DNA of 64,000 nucleotides from Microgenomates bacterium OLB23 (GTDB lineage Bacteria; Patescibacteriota; Microgenomatia; UBA1406; HO2-37-13b): NCBI GenBank assembly GCA_001567245.1, contig LMZU01000016.1, positions 467 to 64,466 of the forward strand, read 5' to 3'. Shown piece by piece: positions 59,863 to 64,000 of this stretch (position 1 is its first letter; each line of letters starts with the position of its first letter). The notes under the pieces were generated by a model. It saw only the letters and a program-made list of their open reading frames with translations, ran no database searches and was not told where the DNA came from. The position numbers and the translations under genes were made by a program.

Positions 59863-61098
59863 ATGAGATTTATCATTACGCGCCTCATTCTATTGGCAAT
59901 ATTTGCCGGCGCCCTATATGTTGTTGTCGGATTTGCCAGGGGTTATAGACTCGACTTTAGACAACAAGGCTTTTCACCCACAGGCATTTTGGTTGCCTCA
60001 TCTGCCCCTGACGGCGCAAAGATACTGGTTAATGGCGAACTAAAAGGCGCAACAAACTCTAGCATCACCGTTAAGCCTGGTGTGTACGATGTAGAAATAG
60101 CCCAAGACGGCTACCTCTCATGGAAAAAGCGCCTTACCATTAAGGGTGAACTTGTCATAAAAGCAGATGCACTGCTCTTTCCTATAAATCCCAGCCTATC
60201 TCCGCTTACATCTTTTGGTGTTGTTAAGGCTATAGCTACAAAATCTCACGAAAAAACCATTCTATTTTCTGAAACAAACAATGCCGAAAAAGATGGTATT
60301 TATCTTATAGATAACAGCAATAGCCCGTTAGCACGCATAAACAGCCAAAAACTGTTAGCGCTAAAATCAATATTCCCTTCTAATTTTAGCTTTACCGAAG
60401 CACAGGTTGAATTTTCACCAAACGAAAAGCAAATGCTTGTATCGTTTGTAGAAGTTGTGCAGCCAGCTCCAACCGCACGCAATAAAAAACCACAGCCACA
60501 AACCATTGTGAAAGCAATATATCTGCTGCCAACAGATGAGGTTACATTGAACCCATTTGACGTTACTAACTCTGTCGCAGCCATACGCGATGCGTGGAGC
60601 ACAGAAGACATAGAGGTTCGTGCAAAACTTATAGAAACATTTAAAAAACCAGTGGTTAAGGCTAGCACTGCGTTCAATATTCTTGGCTTTTCTCCTGATG
60701 AAACAAAAATCCTTTACGAAGCTACACAAAGCGCCACCATTGAACAAGTTATTAAACCGCCGCTTATAGCAACCAACCAAACTCCCGAAGAGCGTACGCT
60801 CAAGCCAGGCTCTGTATATATATACGATAAAAAAGAAGACAAAAAACTTTAAAATAGCAGACGCATACGATGCAGAGCTGCCAATTTTTGGTATGTTGAC
60901 TCACAACATGTGGTAATGCGAGAACCAGAAGGAATTGCGGTAGTAGACTATGACGGCTCAAACAAGCGCCTTGTATATTCGGGACCATTTCAGCCTGAAT
61001 ATATTTCTACTACCCGAGATGGTAAACTTCTTATTCTTACCAACTTTAATAGCTCTTCTCGCCTATTGCCCGACGTGTATTCTGTAGGAACACGATAA
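59863..61098 (+). CDS. Signal-anchored PEGA-domain protein with C-terminal beta-propeller-like region (interrupted at 60850)
   Basis: PEGA block: SSAPDGAKILVNGELKGATNSSITVKPGVYDVEIAQDGY. ORFs 59863..60852 and 60910..61098 are in the same frame, separated by a TAA. -10 TATAAT lies 6 nt upstream of the ATG. Confidence 0.6.
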
Positions 61099-61120
61099 CC
61101 TTTTTGTATAATGAATTTGT

Positions 61121-61836
61121 ATGATCAAGCGCCCTCAGCATATTTCCCGTAGTGAATTTTATCGCATTCTTGCGCTACGAACCGTAGGCAACTTTCTTGT
61201 GCTTTTTTTCGCTGTATATGATAAGTTGGGTTTTTTTATAAGCCTGCACTCGAAGAAATAAAGTATGCATACAACAAGATAACAGGAAAGAAATATGTAC
61301 TTGCAGACGAAGTAAAAGCTACGCCTGAATTTACACAGACTCCACAAAGTGGCCCGAAGGGTCTTTTGGCCGAAGCGCTCAAGGTAAACAATATAGAGGT
61401 ACTCGTGCCAAAAGACCCCAACTTTTCTATAATCATTCCTAAATTGGGTGCAAACGCTAATGTGGTAGCCAATGTTGACAGCGCCAATCCAGATCAATAT
61501 TTGCCGGCACTAGAGGCAGGAGTTGCACATGCTGCAGGCACTAAATTCCCAGGTGAACGTGGGCACATATACCTCTTTGCTCACTCAACAAATACTTTTA
61601 CAAACGTCAGTCGTTTTAATGCTATTTTTTATTTACTATACAAGCTTGAGCCTGGTGACGAAATTAATGTGTACTACCAAGGTGTGCGACACACATACCA
61701 TGTTACTGGCAAAGCTATAGTAGACCCATCTGAGGTAGAATACATTACGCGCACAAGCGAAACTGAAACGCTTACCCTGCAAACATGCTGGCCTCCTGGC
61801 ACCATAGCCCAACGCATGTTAATATTTGCACAATAA
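61121..61836 (+). CDS. Sortase-family transpeptidase (2 frameshifts in the N-terminal TM region)
   Basis: Catalytic motifs GHIYLFAHS and LTLQTCWPPG, with a downstream Arg (AQRMLIF). ATG 61121 (MIKRPQHISRSEFYRILALRTVGNFLVLF..) joins ORF 61366..61836 after removing 1 T from each T7 run (61203-61209, 61221-61227). Confidence 0.8.
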
Positions 61837-61882
61837 GACCGTAACCTCGCGATAATTGTGCCCTATGCTATAATTATTCTTC

Positions 61883-63064
61883 ATGTCGCGTGTAAAAATT
61901 ACTGAGTTCAAGGCTAAATCTATAGTTCTCCCCCAGCTTGGCCTTACCTATCTTGGCATTCAGGTGAATACCCTACAACCCCAATGGGAGCATACCCTGC
62001 ATGATATTTCTAAAAAAAGTACGTATGTAGTAAAAGTTGATGCAGGAGTTAAAAAGCGTGCAAAGAATGGGCTACTAGCCATCAATGTAAGTGCAGATAA
62101 TGTGGCATCTGAAATTGCTAGGCTCGAAAAAAAAGGTTTTCACACATTTGTTGTTGAACCCTTTATTCCCCATGAGCAAAATGCCGAACGCTATTTGTCG
62201 CTGCAACGTGTGCGTGAAGGCATCAAGATTATGTACAACACGCATGGGGGTATTGATATAGAAGAACATGCAGGCGAATCTGGAATGCAAGAAGTGACTG
62301 TACGGAGTAAAGAAGAATTTAAGAATGTAACATGGGCCTCAGAGATACCATTAGCTATGATTCAAAAGCTATTTGATGTATTTGTTAACGAATATATGGC
62401 ATTTCTAGAAATTAATCCCCTACTCATACACGAACATGGAGCTGAGTTACTTGACTTGGCCGTTGAAGTAGATAGCGCTGGAGATTATTTTGTTACAACT
62501 TGGAATAAGCTTGATTTTGTTCAAAAAAAATCTACACTAGATGAAGAAATTGCTATTGCAGCGCTCTCTGAAAAAAGTCCATCTTCTTTTTCACTACAGG
62601 TGCTCAATAAAGATGGTGCCGTATGGATGTTGCTGTCGGGCGGCGGCGCGAGCTTGGTAATAGCCGACGAATACAACAATGTGGGCAAAGGTGCGCTCAT
62701 TGGTAATTATGGAGAATATAGTGGCGCACCAAATGAAGATGAAACATACGAATACGCACAACAAATTTTGGCACTACTATTAAAAAGCTCCGCCAAGCAT
62801 AAGGTGCTTCTCATAGCGGGTGGCGTGGCAAACTTTACAGACGTCAGCATTACATTTAAAGGTATAGTAAGAGCCTTAAAAGATCATATAGACGAGCTTA
62901 AAAAACAGAAGGTGGGTATTTTTGTGCGACGAGGCGGGCCTCAGCAAGAAAGAGGCCTCGCACTTATGCGCGACTTCGTCGCGCATAATAATCTGCCAGG
63001 CTTCATTGCTGGCCCAGAGCTAAGCTTGCACGAAATTGTTAAAAAATCATTAGACACAATATGA
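61883..63064 (+). CDS. ATP-citrate lyase small-subunit-like / succinyl-CoA-synthetase-beta-like ATP-grasp protein
   Basis: 393 aa. N-terminus ITEFKAKSIV. Lies immediately upstream of, and translationally coupled (ATGA) to, an ACLY-like alpha-type subunit. Confidence 0.6.
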   Translation: MSRVKITEFKAKSIVLPQLGLTYLGIQVNTLQPQWEHTLHDISKKSTYVVKVDAGVKKRAKNGLLAINVSADNVASEIARLEKKGFHTFVVEPFIPHEQNAERYLSLQRVREGIKIMYNTHGGIDIEEHAGESGMQEVTVRSKEEFKNVTWASEIPLAMIQKLFDVFVNEYMAFLEINPLLIHEHGAELLDLAVEVDSAGDYFVTTWNKLDFVQKKSTLDEEIAIAALSEKSPSSFSLQVLNKDGAVWMLLSGGGASLVIADEYNNVGKGALIGNYGEYSGAPNEDETYEYAQQILALLLKSSAKHKVLLIAGGVANFTDVSITFKGIVRALKDHIDELKKQKVGIFVRRGGPQQERGLALMRDFVAHNNLPGFIAGPELSLHEIVKKSLDTI

Positions 63065-64000
63065 ACATAGCCACATTGTTGCAGGGTAAAAATTTAGCAT
63101 GGTCTTGTGTGGTTATTGGCACTCACCCATCGATTATTCAGTCTATGCTCGACTTTGACTACCTGACCGGTCATGCGCAACCGCGTATAGAAGCAATCAT
63201 CGCCGGTGGCCGCAAATTTGAACGATATTTTTTTGGCAAACAAGAAATCGCAATACCTGTATATCCAACTGCATCTGCCCTACAAATGGCACGCTCTAAA
63301 AAAGATACAGTGCTCTTTGTCAATGTAACGTCTGGACGACGTGCATATGCATCTACACTTGATCTTATAACCAATCTGCCCAATGTTGCTGGCGGGGTTA
63401 TTTTTGCTGAGAACATGCCCGAGCAACATGCAACAGATCTTATTAACATCTGCCGTGAAAAACATATATGGATAATAGGCCCGGCGAGCGTTGGTCTTCT
63501 TATTCCTGGATTACTTAAGCTGGGTGCTATTGCAGGCGTAGATGCCAGTCAATTGCAATCGGCGCGCGCAACCGCGCGCGGCAATGTGGCTGTTTTTTCT
63601 GCATCTGGTGGCATGACCAACGAACTTATTTGGAATGTTACAAAAGCTGGCCATACCCTTTCTTTTGCACTGCATTTTGGAGGTGACCGCTTTCCTATTG
63701 TGCCGCCAATGGAGGCCTTTCTTGCAGCAGAATCTGATACTCATACTACACATATTGTTTACTACGGTGAACTTGGTGGCGATGATGAATACGAGCTTGT
63801 TCGTTTAAAAAAAAGAGGGCAAGCTAACAAAGCCAATTTTTGCTTTTATTGCAGGTACTATTTCTGACTTATTCGAAGAACCTCCCCAATTTGGCCATGC
63901 TAAAGCAATGGCAAAAACACATGATGAATCTGCAAGTGCTAAACGCACTGCTCTTCGTAAAGCAGGAATTACAACTCCAGATACATTTGCAGAATTCCTT
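63061..64000 (+). CDS. ATP-citrate lyase large-subunit-like protein (CoA-binding/CoA-ligase region); frameshifted; 3' end outside window
   Basis: VIGTHPSIIQSMLDFDY, IIGPASVGLLIPG, FSASGGMTNEL, HFGGDRFP, YYGELGG resemble eukaryotic/Chlorobium ACL. After removing 1 A from the A8 run 63807-63814 the frame continues ..LKKEGKLTKPIFAFIAGTISDLFEEPPQFGHAKAMA.., with the QFGHA phospho-His motif. Confidence 0.75.

Noticed and set aside
60850..60852. Stop-codon reassignment or programmed readthrough as an explanation for interrupted genes
   Set aside because: TGA, TAA and TAG all terminate well-defined genes here, including ATGA and TAATG coupled junctions. Nearly every interruption is repaired by a +/-1 shift at a homopolymer rather than by reading through a stop. 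The standard code 11 is therefore retained.

Overview
Overview: a gene-dense, moderately AT-rich bacterial window. Short housekeeping islands sit between many membrane-anchored hypothetical surface proteins. I infer a reduced-genome uncultivated lineage (CPR/Patescibacteria-like), but cannot verify this here.

Recognisable genes: def, rpmB, an M50 site-2 protease, rplJ-rplL, a YerC/TrpR-like regulator, an S8 subtilase, nfo, pth, an SGNH hydrolase, DUF2207, a WecG/TagA glycosyltransferase, mreB, a PEGA protein, a sortase, a two-subunit ATP-citrate-lyase-like enzyme, tRNA-Leu(CAG), tRNA-Ser(GCT) and tRNA-Arg(CCT).

Accessory content:
(1) Two arrays (4.5-11.9 kb on the minus strand, 19.7-36.8 kb on the plus strand) encode about 9 cohesin-like modules and about 11 dockerin-like modules. 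The cohesins are TM- or LPXTG-anchored. The dockerins are attached to vWA, TadG-like or novel Cys-rich payloads. I recognise no carbohydrate-active enzyme. A sortase lies at 61.1 kb. This cellulosome-style but non-cellulolytic surface system is the best candidate for an undescribed system.
(2) A TcB/RHS-like YD-repeat giant protein carries an N-terminal dockerin-like segment and has no toxin tip. It is followed by three tandem, signal-peptide-bearing proteins of the form 'RHS core-end + variable C-terminal domain', with no immunity genes.
(3) A 7TM protein plus three ATP-grasp ligases, one fused to a retropepsin-like domain.

Two window-wide properties:
- About 40 single-base frameshifts (35 mapped to coordinates), most of them in A/T/C runs of 4-9 nt and a few at short or unlocated sites. 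They break housekeeping and surface genes alike, so many ORF-track entries are fragments of one gene.
- A recurrent TTGACA-17/18-TAnAAT box ends 6-8 nt before ATG, implying leaderless mRNAs.

All family calls come from motifs read by eye. No searches were run.
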